DNA of 64,000 bases, from positions 236,643-300,642 of the forward strand of contig CAVRRH010000007.1 in the NCBI GenBank assembly GCA_963723565.1, in the 5' to 3' direction. Shown here in pieces: positions 1 to 11,016 of the stretch. The notes beneath the pieces were generated by a model. The model was not told where the DNA came from. It saw only the letters and a program-made list of their open reading frames with translations, and ran no database searches. Positions within the stretch are counted from its first letter, which is position 1, and every line of letters starts with the position of its first letter. Source of the stretch: an uncultured Gemmatimonadales bacterium. GTDB lineage: Bacteria; Gemmatimonadota; Gemmatimonadetes; Gemmatimonadales; GWC2-71-9. The position numbers and the translations under genes are program-made.

Positions 1-496
1 AGTAGTTCCCCACCCGGTTGCCGGTATCGCGCTACTGCTGTTTCTGGGACGGCGCTCGGAGGTCGGAGGGGCGCTGGCCCACCTCGGGCTCGAGTTCGTG
101 TCCCATGTCCCCGGCATCGTGGCGGCGATGCTCTTCGTCTCCGCCCCCATCCTGGTGAGCGGGGCGCGCGAAGCCTTTCGGGGCGTCGATCCCCAGCTCG
201 AGCGGGTGGCCCGGACGCTGGGTGACACCGGCTGGGGCGCCTTCCGGCGGGTGACGCTTCCGCTCGCCGGGCGCGGCGTGCTGGCCGGCTCGATCCTGGC
301 CTGGTCCCGCAGCGTTAGCGAATTCGGCTCGATCGTGATCCTCACCTACAACCCGAAGGTTGCCAGCATCTACATCTTCGACCGGTTCACTGCGTTCGGG
401 CTTCAGGCCGCGGTGCCCGCCGCGGTCATACTTCTGCTGGTTGCGCTGACCGTGCTCATCGTAGTTCGGGTACTGCAGCCCGAGGAGCGGCGGTGA
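1..496 (+). CDS. ABC transporter permease, molybdate/tungstate type (ModB/WtpB-like); 5' end outside window
   Basis: The frame is open from nt 2 to TGA 494-496; the listed ORF 98..496 is only the part after an internal GTG. Hydrophobic C-terminal helices and the SVSEFGSIVILTYNP loop resemble this permease family. GTGA stop/start overlap with the downstream ATPase. Confidence 0.7.
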   Translation, partial: VVPHPVAGIALLLFLGRRSEVGGALAHLGLEFVSHVPGIVAAMLFVSAPILVSGAREAFRGVDPQLERVARTLGDTGWGAFRRVTLPLAGRGVLAGSILAWSRSVSEFGSIVILTYNPKVASIYIFDRFTAFGLQAAVPAAVILLLVALTVLIVVRVLQPEERR

Positions 497-1563
497 TCCG
501 GCTGGAGAACCTCCACGTTCGGGTAGGCACTTTCGACCTGCGGGACATCTCCCTCGAGGTACCGACGGGCGGTTACGCCCTGATCATCGGGCCCACTGGA
601 TCGGGCAAAACAACCCTGCTCGAGGCCGTAGCCGGCCACGCCAGACTCAAGACCGGGCGGGTCTTCATGCACGACGACGAGGTGACCGACCTGCCGCCCG
701 AGCGTCGGGGGCTCGGGTTCGTTTACCAGCAGTACCACCTGTTTCCTCATTTGAGCGTGCGGGACAATATCGGATATGGAATCGCAGGGGCACGAGGTAA
801 GCGGGATGGCACCGGTCCGGAGGCTCGGATAGCCGAGCTGGCGGACATGCTCGCGATCGAGCCGCTGCTGGACCGCCCGGTACGTGGACTCAGCGGTGGA
901 GAGCAGCAGCGAGTGGCGCTGGCACGGGCCCTGGCGCCCAAGCCTTCGATTCTTCTGCTCGACGAGCCGTTTGCGGCAGTCGATCCTGCCACGAGACACG
1001 TGCTTCGCCGAGAGTTGCGGGAATTGCACGAGCGGGAGGGGATCACAACGCTTCAGGTGACGCACGACTTCGACGAAGCACTGCGCCTGGGCGATCTGGT
1101 GGCGGTCCTGTCCGAAGGCCGAATAGCGCAGAGCGGTACCCCCGAGGAGGTGTTTCGCTATCCCAACTCGGCTTTCGTCGCGCGTTTCGTTGGCACCGGC
1201 AACGTGATCGCAGGAGTGGTCGACCGAACCGGGCCGGCCCATGGAGCAGGCTCGTTCCGGGGCAGGTTCCGCGGCGGCTCGTTGGTCCTGGATGTGGTGG
1301 CCGAGCGCGAGGGGCCGATCCACGCAGTCGTCCGGCCGGAAGACATCGTCTTGAGCCTTACCCATCACCCGGGTTCGGCTCGCAACCATATGGAGGGCCG
1401 GGTTGTGCGGCTGGAGCGGATCGGCCCGGTCACCCTGGTGCATCTCGACGTGGGACGGCCGCTGATCGCGTCGCTCACGACCCAGTCGGTGGAGGACATG
1501 GCCCTCAGGGCCGGGACACCGGTCATCGTAGCCTTCAAGGCAACCGCAATTCTTCTGGTGTAA
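493..1563 (+). CDS. ABC transporter ATP-binding protein with C-terminal TOBE-like domain (ModC/WtpC-like)
   Basis: Walker A GPTGSGKTT, ABC signature LSGGEQQRVALARAL, Walker B ILLLDEP, H-loop VTHD. The C-terminal ~110 aa (GRVVRLERIGPVTLVHLDVG...) resemble molybdate/tungstate importer ATPases. Confidence 0.8.
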   Translation: MIRLENLHVRVGTFDLRDISLEVPTGGYALIIGPTGSGKTTLLEAVAGHARLKTGRVFMHDDEVTDLPPERRGLGFVYQQYHLFPHLSVRDNIGYGIAGARGKRDGTGPEARIAELADMLAIEPLLDRPVRGLSGGEQQRVALARALAPKPSILLLDEPFAAVDPATRHVLRRELRELHEREGITTLQVTHDFDEALRLGDLVAVLSEGRIAQSGTPEEVFRYPNSAFVARFVGTGNVIAGVVDRTGPAHGAGSFRGRFRGGSLVLDVVAEREGPIHAVVRPEDIVLSLTHHPGSARNHMEGRVVRLERIGPVTLVHLDVGRPLIASLTTQSVEDMALRAGTPVIVAFKATAILLV

Positions 1564-1573
1564 GCTCCATCCT

Positions 1574-2770
1574 ATGCCGGCTCGCATTCTCCACGTCGAT
1601 CTCGATGCCTTCTTCGTCGAGGTGTGCCGCCAACGCCATCCGGAACTGCGTGATATCGAGCTTCTGGTCGTGGGTGGCCGCCGCGACCAGCGTGGCGTAG
1701 TCCAATCGGCATCCTATGGTGCACGGCGGTTCGGGATCCACGCCGGAATGCCGATCGCCGAAGCAGTGCGGCTCTGCCCCCAGGCCACATTCTTTCAAGG
1801 CGCTTTCTCCCACTATCGTAGCGCGTCAATGGAGGTGCGGCGGGTGCTGGACGACTTTTCGCCCACGGTGGTGATGTCCTCGCTGGACGAGGCCTATCTC
1901 GACTTTGGCGGGACCGAGCGGCTTTACCCCACTTCCCTCCTCCCGGTGGCAGAGCAGCTGCGGGACCGGGTGAAGCAGGATACCGGGCTCGATTGCAGTG
2001 TGGGTATCGGGCCCAACCGAATGATTGCCAAGCTAGCATCCGACTGTGCCAAGCCTCGCGGCCTGATGGAGGTTCGGGCCGGCTGGGAAAGGGGTTTTCT
2101 TGCCGGGCTTTCCCTGCGTGCGCTCCCGGGAGTGGGACCCAAGACAGCGGAGCGCTGGGCGGAGCTCGGGCTGGTCGAGGTGCATCAGGTGCAGCAGATG
2201 GAAGAGCGGGCGCTCGAACGGCTCATCGGCCCCGATGCGCGTCCGCTCAAGCTCAGAGCGCACGGCCTGGGTGGAACAACCCTGAGTGCCCACCGGCTGC
2301 CCAAATCCGTGAGCCGGGAGACCACGATCTCGTATGACGTCAGGGATCCGGCGGAGCTGGAACGGATACTCGCCCTGCTCACGGCGCGCGTCGCCGCACA
2401 GCTGCGTGATGAACAGATCCTGACTCGGACGGTGACGATGAAGCTGCGGCATGACGATTTCCGCACCGTCACCCGGCGGCAGACGCTGGAGACCGCCACC
2501 GACCTCGACGCGGAGCTCTATCTCGCAGCCAGGGCGCTCTTCCGCAGTGCGTTCGAGGAGGTGAGACAACGCGACCGGGGTGTGCGGCTCATCGGCATCG
2601 CCGCCACCAACCTGGGAACGGCAGAGGAACCGGATCTCTTCGAGCGTCCCGAGCGGAGCCGATTGCGCCGGCTCACCGAAGCAGTAGACAAGGTCCGAGG
2701 CAAGTTCGGCTTCGACTCGGTCACCTCGGCCACCATACTGGAGCTGCGTCAGCGGCGGCCGAAGCGCTGA
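1574..2770 (+). CDS. dinB: DNA polymerase IV (Y-family translesion polymerase)
   Basis: Intact 398-aa ORF. N-terminus ILHVDLDAFFVEVC and SLDEAYLDF catalytic motifs; HhH-like region GVGPKTAERW. Confidence 0.9.
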   Translation: MPARILHVDLDAFFVEVCRQRHPELRDIELLVVGGRRDQRGVVQSASYGARRFGIHAGMPIAEAVRLCPQATFFQGAFSHYRSASMEVRRVLDDFSPTVVMSSLDEAYLDFGGTERLYPTSLLPVAEQLRDRVKQDTGLDCSVGIGPNRMIAKLASDCAKPRGLMEVRAGWERGFLAGLSLRALPGVGPKTAERWAELGLVEVHQVQQMEERALERLIGPDARPLKLRAHGLGGTTLSAHRLPKSVSRETTISYDVRDPAELERILALLTARVAAQLRDEQILTRTVTMKLRHDDFRTVTRRQTLETATDLDAELYLAARALFRSAFEEVRQRDRGVRLIGIAATNLGTAEEPDLFERPERSRLRRLTEAVDKVRGKFGFDSVTSATILELRQRRPKR

Positions 2771-3469
2771 TCAGGGAACCCGAAGGTCCCGGCCCTCGAA
2801 CCGGAGCCCGATAGTACCGTCAGGCGCCACGACGCTGGGGCCGAGATCCCGGAAGGTCGCAACCCGGCCACCGCTCGCTTTCGCCTGCACCGTGCTGTTC
2901 TGATATAGGCGATAGTATCCCAGGAATACCCGCCGCCCGCCTGGACGCACCGCGCAGCCGCAGTCCAGCGCTCCTTCCAAGCCCGCGTTGATCGTCACCC
3001 GTAGCTGATCCTGGCTCGCATTGGTGATCAGCGGGGCGAAATAGTTTCCGTCCGGCCCCCGTGCCACTGCACTCCGGTGGACGGTCCCCCAGGTGCCCCG
3101 CTGAACCACTGACCCACGCAGCTCTTCTCCCATCGGCCGGCCATCGGCGGAGAGCGGTCGCCTGAGCTCCCAGGTCGCAACCAGGGTCCTTCTCCAAGGC
3201 GCGGGCATCCGTATCGAGGAGCCGGGCGGAACCGGGCGCGGTGCAGTGCCGTCCACTGCGAGGCGCACCGGACCCGCGAGCTGGTTGGTGAACTCGAGTT
3301 GGGGACGGCCTACGAGATACAGCCCGCCTAGCGCGGCGGCGACGAGCAAGAGGAACCACGGCAGAGTACCGCGTGAAGGCCGGCGGCGGCGAGGCTGCAG
3401 GACGCTCGCCTCCGTTTTGGGTTGGGTCACATGAGCTCCGGAACAATGCGCGTGGGTGTGAGCGGTCAC
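2771..3469 (-). CDS. hypothetical membrane-anchored protein
   Basis: 232-aa ORF with one N-terminal hydrophobic helix (LPWFLLLVAAALGGLYLV) after an Arg-rich stretch. No recognisable domain. Start codon uncertain. Confidence 0.4.
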   Translation of the reverse strand: MTAHTHAHCSGAHVTQPKTEASVLQPRRRRPSRGTLPWFLLLVAAALGGLYLVGRPQLEFTNQLAGPVRLAVDGTAPRPVPPGSSIRMPAPWRRTLVATWELRRPLSADGRPMGEELRGSVVQRGTWGTVHRSAVARGPDGNYFAPLITNASQDQLRVTINAGLEGALDCGCAVRPGGRRVFLGYYRLYQNSTVQAKASGGRVATFRDLGPSVVAPDGTIGLRFEGRDLRVP

Positions 3470-3651
3470 CGAGCAAGGTAACAGGACGGCATCAGGGAGC
3501 AGCTAACCTGAGGCGCCGGAAAGGCTTAGCGCCCAGAAATAGCCGTCGCCATAAACATGCACAATCTGCAGAATTATCAGTTTGCCAGCGACGAATGACC
3601 CGCAATCCGGCATAAGTGTCCCTGATTCTCTGCATTTCTTGCAAAATTGTC

Positions 3652-3680
3652 TTGACAGCCTTGGGGCCAGCCCGTATACT
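3652..3680 (+). promoter_or_regulatory. sigma70-type promoter TTGACA-N17-TATACT upstream of glnA
   Basis: TTGACA at 3652-3657, a 17-nt spacer, then TATACT at 3675-3680. It lies in a locally AT-richer intergenic region about 310 nt upstream of the glnA start. Confidence 0.55.
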
Positions 3681-3859
3681 GTTCCGCAGCTAAGGCAGCC
3701 ACGACCGACAGCGTTTCTCGATCAGGCAGGAGTATCCAATGCGTCAGTCCCTCGCTGTTTCCACTGCCCCAGCCGCCATTCCGGCGGCGGTCCAGCGAAA
3801 TCGGCGCATGCCACCGATCGAACCGCCAGGTCCTTGGTCTGAGTAGACCGTGCTCACCC

Positions 3860-3896
3860 GATGCCCCTGCGTTCGATGATCAAGCGCAGGGGCATC
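3860..3896 (+). promoter_or_regulatory. perfect 12-bp hairpin in the glnA leader (possible attenuator or processing signal)
   Basis: GATGCCCCTGCG (3860-3871) and CGCAGGGGCATC (3885-3896) are exact reverse complements with a 13-nt loop. The following GTCTTTAAG is only a weak U tract. Confidence 0.4.
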
Positions 3897-3992
3897 GTCT
3901 TTAAGCGAACCCCGAACCGAAACCCGAGCCCACGAGAACCCCATGGCGACGACCGCCCGGCCCACTGCCTCAACCCGCCGAGTCAACCGGCA

Positions 3993-5409
3993 GTGAAGTG
4001 CAGAAAGTGTTGCGACCTGATCAAGCAAAAGAACATTCAGGTCGTGGACGTGAAGTTCTGCGATCTGCCCGGGACCTGGCAACACTTTTCGATTCCGGCT
4101 TCCACGCTGGACGAGGCCATGGTTCGCGAAGGCCTGGGCTTCGACGGGTCCTCCATCCGCGGCTTCCAGGCAATCAACGAGAGCGACATGCTCCTGATCC
4201 CGGACGTCTCGACCGCGTTCGTGGATCCGGTCCTCTCGGTGCCGACGCTCTCGCTCATCTGCGACGTCTATGATCCGGTGACGCTCGAGCCTTATTCCCG
4301 CGACCCCCGCTTCATCGCATTCAAGGCGGAGGAATACCTGAAGACGAGCGGGATCGCGACAACCTCTTACTGGGGCCCCGAGGCCGAGTTCTTCATTTTC
4401 AACTCCGTGCGTTTCGATCAGAACGCACACGAGGGCTACTATCACATCGATTCGGACGAAGGAATCTGGAACTCCGGCGCGAACGGGGCACCAAACCTGG
4501 GTCACCGGCCGCGCCACAAAGAGGGGTACTTCCCCGTCCCACCTGTGGACCGGCTTCAGGATGTCCGCTCCAAGATCATGCTCGCCATGATCGAGGCCGG
4601 CATACCGGTCGAAGTCCAGCATCACGAGGTCGGTACCGCGGGGCAGGCGGAAATCGACTATCGCTTCGGCACACTGGTGCAGACCGCGGATCGGCTTTTG
4701 ACCTACAAGTACATCGTCAAAAACGTCTGCAACAACCTTGGCCTCACGGCGACGTTTATGCCCAAGCCGCTGTTCGGCGACAACGGCTCGGGGATGCACG
4801 TGCACCAATCGCTTTGGAAAGGTGACAGCAACCTGTTCTTCGACGAGGCAGGATACGGCCTGATTTCGGAGACGGCGCGGCGGTACATCGGCGGATTGAT
4901 CGCCCATTCACCGGCGCTGCTCGCCTTCTGTGCCCCGACCACGAACAGCTATCGGCGACTGGTGCCGGGGTTCGAGGCGCCCATCAACCTCATCTACTCC
5001 CAGCGCAACCGGTCGGCGATCTGTCGAATTCCGGTGTACTCGAGCAGCCCCAAGGCCAAGCGGATCGAATACCGCGCGCCTGACCCGACATGCCAACCCC
5101 TACCTGGCCTTCGCGGCGCTGCTCATGGCCGGGCTGGACGGGATTCGCCGGAAGATCGAGCCCCCGAAGCCGATTGACGCGGACCTCTACGAGCTGCATG
5201 GCGAGGAGAAGCAGAACATCCGGAATACGCCTGGCTCGTTGGGTGAGGTGCTGACCGCGCTGGAGCAGGATCACGACTTCCTGCTCCAGGGTGACGTCTT
5301 CACGCCGGACGTAATCGACACCTGGATCAGCATGAAGCGCTCCAAGGATTTGCCCGCGATAACGCTGCGACCGCATCCGTACGAGTTCTTCCTGTACTAC
5401 GACGCGTGA
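3993..5409 (+). CDS. glnA: glutamine synthetase type I (frameshifted as sequenced)
   Basis: N-terminal KNIQVVDVKFCDLPGTWQHF and the central and C-terminal GS-I sequence are split between ORFs 3861..5177 and 4930..5409. The frames rejoin if one C at 5093/5094 is removed (..DPTC NPYLAFAALLMAGLDGI..). GTG 3993 is the likely start; merged length is about 471 aa. Confidence 0.92.
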
Positions 5410-5410
5410 T

Positions 5411-5479
5411 GGTAGTCGTCAGTCACCAGTCGCAGTCGACTGCTCGACCATGTGACTGATGACTTGCGACTCGCGACTC
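5411..5479. repeat. inverted array of heptamer units (NNNAGTC x4 then GACTNNN x4) filling the glnA-amtB gap
   Basis: Left arm GGTAGTCGTCAGTCACCAGTCGCAGTCG (5411-5438) and right arm GTGACTGATGACTTGCGACTCGCGACTC (5452-5479). AGTC/GACT recur every 6-7 nt in mirror orientation. The array starts 2 nt after the glnA stop. Confidence 0.6.
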
Positions 5480-5508
5480 CGAGCCGTCAACCTATAAGGA
5501 GCAATGCC

Positions 5509-6850
5509 GTGACGATCTTACCCTTGCTGCTCGCCGTGCAGGACGCCGCACCTCCGCCGACCATCGTTCCGGCCGATACGGCCTGGATGCTGATCTCGAC
5601 CGCGCTGGTCCTGCTCATGACCCCCGCGCTCGCCTTCTTTTACGGTGGCCTGGTGCGCAACAAGAACTCGCTCAACACCATGATGATGAGCTTCGTGGCG
5701 CTGGGCGTCGTCGGGATAACCTGGGCCATTGCGGCGTACAGCCTCGCCTTTAGCGAGGGCGGCCCGCTGCTCGGCGGCCTGGCCAACCTCGGACTCAATG
5801 GGGTAGGCACCGAGGCCAAGGGCACCATTCCGCACGTGCTCTTCATGGCCTACCAGGCCACCTTCGCCATCATCACCGCCGCGCTCATCTCGGGCGCCGT
5901 GGTCGAGCGGATGCGGTTCGGGCCTTACGTCGTCTTTATCGCCCTTTGGACCCTGTTTGTCTACGCCCCCGTGGCCCACTGGGTCTGGGGCGGCGGCTGG
6001 CTCATGACTCGCGGCGTGCTCGACTTCGCCGGCGGCACTGTGGTGCACATCAACGCCGGTGTGTCGGCCCTGGTCGCGGCGCTGGTTTTGGGCTCCCGGA
6101 AGGACTACGGGCGCCAGGCGGTGCTGCCGCACAACGTTCCTTTCACTTTGCTGGGCGCGGGATTGCTCTGGTTTGGTTGGTTCGGCTTCAACGGGGGCAG
6201 CGCGCTCGCAGCGAACGAGCTCGCCGGCCTCGCCTTCACCAACACCTTCCTGGCCCCGATGGGAACGCTGGTGGTGTGGACGCTGCTGGACTACTTCCGG
6301 ACCGGTCGGGCCACCGCCGTCGGTGCGGCCACTGGGATCGTGGTCGGGCTGGTGGCTATCACCCCGGCGGCGGGCTTCGTAAGCCCGGCGAGCGCCCTCA
6401 TGCTTGGGCGCCGTGGCGGCATTGCCGAGCTACTTCGTCATCGCGCTCCGCTCCCGCACCCGGATCGACGACTCGCTCGACGTCTTCGCCGGCCACGGGG
6501 TAGGTGGACTCACCGGCGCGCTGCTCACCGGCGTGCTGGCGCAGAAGCTCTGGAACCCAGCAGGCAACGACGGTCTGCTGTACGGCAACCCCGGCCAGCT
6601 CGGGGTCCAGGCGCTCGGCTGCCTCAGCGCGGCTCTCTACGCCGCGATCATGACGTTCGTGATCCTGAAGGTGCTGGCTCTGGTGATGTCGCTCCGCACG
6701 GTGCCCCGCGTCGAGGGCGTCGGCATGGACCTGAGCCAGCACGGCGAGGAAGCCTACGCCAGCGGCGAAGGCTCGATCCTGGTGCATCCCGAGGCGGCGC
6801 TCGTTCCCGAGCCGCTGCCCGCGTTTACTCCACAAGTCGCGTCGAGGTAG
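5509..6850 (+). CDS. amtB: ammonium transporter (Amt family; frameshifted as sequenced)
   Basis: GTG 5509 lies 6 nt after AAGGAG. The Amt signature regions (AFFYGGLVR.., DFAGGTVVHINAG.., FGWFGFNGGSA) are in ORF 5452..6915. The C-terminal part (DDSLDVFAGHGVGGLTGALLTG) is in ORF 6404..6850. The frames rejoin by removing one G at 6406-6408. Confidence 0.9.
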
Positions 6851-6855
6851 TGGAA

Positions 6856-6956
6856 GGGCTATTGGCTATGGGCTGTGGCGCTATGGGCTGCAACGGGGAC
6901 CATGCCCATCCATAGGCGCAGCGGGTCCAAGCGGCGTAGCCCATAGCCCATAGCCC
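6856..6956. repeat. palindrome with tandem-heptamer arms (GGGCTAT-type units) between amtB and glnK
   Basis: Left arm GGGCTATTGGCTATGGGCTGTGGCGCTATGGGCTG (6856-6890); right arm GCGTAGCCCATAGCCCATAGCCC (6934-6956). The arms are near reverse complements. It starts 6 nt after the amtB stop. Confidence 0.7.
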
Positions 6957-6983
6957 TGATCATTTCTTAGGAGATCGAAGATC

Positions 6984-7346
6984 ATGAAACTGATCGTAGC
7001 CATCATCCGCCCCGACCGGCTCAACGAGGTGCTGGAGGCGCTCTACCGCACCGAGGTCCGTGGCCTCACCGTGTCGCGGGTGCTCGGGCACGGCGGCGAG
7101 ACCGAGCGGGTCGAGACCTATCGCGGCACTACAGTCAAGGTCGACCTGCAGGAGAAGGTACGCCTCGAGATCGGCGTCTCCGAGCCGTTCGTGGAGGTGA
7201 CCATCAAGGCGATCCTCGCCAGCGCCCGCACCGGTGAAGTCGGAGACGGCAAGGTCTTCGTCCTCGACGTTGCCCAGGTCTACCGGATTCGGACCGGCGA
7301 GCGGAACGAAGCCGCTGTGACGCCCGCGGTGGCGGTGGGCGCGTAA
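6984..7346 (+). CDS. glnK: nitrogen regulatory protein P-II
   Basis: Intact 120-aa ORF (MKLIVAIIRPDRLNEV..., T-loop region GHGGETERVETYRG, C-terminal GDGKVFV). It lies directly downstream of amtB, as is typical for glnK. Confidence 0.92.
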   Translation: MKLIVAIIRPDRLNEVLEALYRTEVRGLTVSRVLGHGGETERVETYRGTTVKVDLQEKVRLEIGVSEPFVEVTIKAILASARTGEVGDGKVFVLDVAQVYRIRTGERNEAAVTPAVAVGA

Positions 7347-7521
7347 GGGGACGGCGGTAAGCGCGGTACGGTTCGTAGCATTCTCGTCATCCCGAACGTA
7401 GTGAGGGATCTCAAACCTTTCGGGTCTGAGATCCTTCGCTTCGCTCAGGATGACAGCGCACACCCTGCCTCCCGTCTTTCCCGTCCTTCCCTCCTTCCGG
7501 TCCTTCCCGTCCTTCCCGTAC
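7345..7521. repeat. composite repeat: G-rich arm, GTCATCCCGAACG..CGCTCAGGATGAC core palindrome, C/T-rich tandem arm
   Basis: Core halves at 7386-7412 and 7428-7454 are inverted copies. The right arm, 7465-7521, is made of CCGTCCTTCC-like units. Translated, the core gives the SEAKDL and HPERSEGS peptides seen in spurious ORFs 6960..7523 and 7411..8481. Confidence 0.7.
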
Positions 7522-7530
7522 ATTCCACTG

Positions 7531-9212
7531 ATGGCCCAACAAACTCAGGAGCAGCGCCATCACCGAGGGCGTCCAGCGCGCCCCGAATCGCGCGATGCTC
7601 CGCGCCGTCGGCTTCGGCGACGGCGACTTCGGCAAGCCGATCGTCGGCATCGCGAATGCGCACAGCACCATCACGCCGTGCAATGCCGGACTCGACGTGC
7701 TCGCGCGTCGGGCCGAGGCCGCGGTGCGCGAGGCCGGCGGCGCATGCCGCAGATCTTCGGCACGATCACCGTGAGCGACGGCATCTCGATGGGCACCGAG
7801 GGGATGAAGTACTCGCTGGTGTCCCGCGAGGTCATCGCGGACTCCATCGAGACGGCCTGCGGGGCGCAGAGCATGGACGGCGTGCTCGCCGTCGGCGGCT
7901 GCGACAAGAACATGCCCGGTGCCATGATCGCGATCGCGCGGATGAACATCCCGGCGGTCTTCGTCTACGGCGGCACGATCAAGCCGGGCCACTACGACGG
8001 GCGCGACCTCACGGTCGTGAGCGTCTTCGAGGCGGTGGGCCAGCACAGCGCCGGCAAGATCGATGACGGCGGAGCTGCTCGAGGTCGAGCGCAGGGCCTG
8101 CCCCGGGCAGGGCTCGTGCGGCGGCATGTTCACCGCCAACACGATGTCGTCGGTGTTCGAGGCGATGGGGATGAGCCTGCCCGTATCCTCCACCATGGCC
8201 GCCGAGGACGCGGAGAAGGCCGAGAGCGCGGCGCAGTCGGCGCAGGCGCTGGTCGAGGCGATGCGCCGCGGAATCTTGCCGCGCCAGATCCTGACGCGCA
8301 AGGCGTTCGAGAACGGGATCGCGGTGGCCATGGCGCTCGGCGGCTCGACCAATGCGGTGCTGCACCTGCTCGCGATCGCGCACGCCGCGGGCGTGCCGCT
8401 CGAGCTCGACGATTTCGAGACGATTCGCGCCCGCGTGCCGGTGCTCTGCGACCTCAAGCCATCGGGGCGGTACGTCGCCACCGATCTGCACCGCGGCGGG
8501 CGGCGTCCCCCAGGTCATGAAGATGCTGCTGGACGCACGGGCTGCTGCACGGCGACGCGCTCACCGTCACCGGGGAGACCGTCGCGGAGGAGCTGCCGGA
8601 CGTGCCCGCCGAGCCCCGGCCGGATCAGGACGTGATCCGGCCCTGGGAGCGGCCGCTGTATGCCCAGGGCCACCTCGCGATCCTGCGCGGCAACCTGGCG
8701 CCCGAGGGCGCGGTCGCAAAGATCACCGGCGTGAAGAGCCCGGCGATGACCGGCCCGGCCCGCGTCTTCGACTCGGAAGAGAGCCTGCCTCGACGCCATC
8801 CTCGCCGGCCGCATCCGCGCCGGCGACGTCATCGTGATCCGCTACGAGGGGCCGAAGGGCGGGCCGGGCATGCGCGAGATGCTCGCGCCGACCTCGGCGA
8901 TCATCGGCGCCGGACTGGGCGACTCGGTCGGCCTGATCACCGACGGCCGCTTCTCGGGCGGCACCTACGGCATGGTCGTGGGGCACGTTGCGCCCGAGGC
9001 GGCGGTGGGCGGACCGATCGCGCTGGTGCGAGGAGGGCGACCGCATCACGATCGACGCGGAGCGGCGCCTGCTGCAGCTGGACGTCCCGGACGACGGAGC
9101 TGGCCCGGCGGCGCGCCGCGTGGAAAGCCCCGAAGCCCCGCGCTACACCGCGGGCGTGCTTCACAAGTACGCCAAGCTGGTCTCCAGCGCGAGTCTGGGC
9201 GCCGTCACCGAC

Positions 9213-9218
<6 letters not shown>
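7531..9218 (+). CDS. ilvD: dihydroxy-acid dehydratase (about 9 frameshifts as sequenced)
   Basis: Highly conserved IlvD sequence can be followed through all three frames:
- [28 protein letters not shown]
- [30 protein letters not shown]
- [25 protein letters not shown]
- [13 protein letters not shown]
- [15 protein letters not shown]
- [22 protein letters not shown]
- [12 protein letters not shown]
- [24 protein letters not shown]
The first shift is an extra G at 7534, right after the ATG. Confidence 0.9.
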
Positions 9219-10303
<1,085 letters not shown>

Positions 10304-10307
<4 letters not shown>

Positions 10308-10914
10308 GACTTCGCTCCGCTCGGGCAAGGCGGCTGGCGCTCGAAGGCGGCGATGCGGCGGTTCGTCCAGCAGCGTTTGTCCGATCTCATCCAGGCCGCG
10401 CAGCAGCATCTCCCGCCGGTACTCCTCGACCTGAACTGGCCCGGAAGCCTCCGCCATCGCTCACCGCTCGCTGCGTCCAGGTCGATAGTCATTTCGTAGC
10501 CCCGCGTTGCGGCGCAGCGCTCGAAACAGCTCGGCCACCTCTGACCTCGGTCAGGACCACCGGCAGCAACCCGTTCTGGCAACAGTTGGCGTAGAAGATG
10601 TCGGCGAAGGACGGCGCGATGATGGCGCGGAAACCGAAATCCGCGAGCGCCCAGGGCGCGTGCTCGCGGGATGAGCCGCAACCAAAGTTCGCGCCGGTGA
10701 GCAGAATCGTTGCGCCCTGCGACTCGGCTCGATTCAGCTCGAACTCGGGGTTCAGAGTACCGTCGCTTCGATACCGCCAATCGTGGAACAGAAACGCTCC
10801 GAAGCCGGTGCGCTCGATCCGCTTCAGGAACTGCTTCGGAATGATCTGGTCGGTGTCGACGTTGGCTCGTCGAAGCGCGGCGACTCGTCCAGTGTGCGAA
10901 ACAAAGGGCTGCAT
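10304..10914 (-). CDS. leuD: 3-isopropylmalate dehydratase small subunit (about 3 frameshifts as sequenced)
   Basis: [39 protein letters not shown].. is in ORF 10489..10926. The continuation (..[11 protein letters not shown].., ..[21 protein letters not shown].., ..IAAFERQ..) lies in two other frames. Confidence 0.88.
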
Positions 10915-11016
10915 ATGCTCCCTCATTGTTATGCATGCGCGGAGGAGAGCGACGACGAAAGCAACTTTAAGTGGTCGTCTATAACCTTATGTGTTGCTGG
11001 GTGTTACAGAGCACGA

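Noticed and set aside
403-1587. Long antisense or off-frame ORFs. Examples are 403..1587(-), 3744..4907(-), 7411..8481(-), 18450..19649(-), 42235..43203(+), 48699..49829(-) and 55376..56491(+).
   Set aside because: They lie opposite or out of frame to genes with strong family signatures. They are Arg/Gly/Pro/His-rich low-complexity translations typical of stop-poor alternative frames in high-GC DNA. None has a recognisable motif.
3681-3992. A glutamine riboswitch (glnA RNA motif) in the glnA leader, and likewise in the gltB leader at 18040-18224.
   Set aside because: I could not find the conserved loop and junction sequences I remember for that motif. I cannot run a covariance-model search, so no riboswitch class is claimed.
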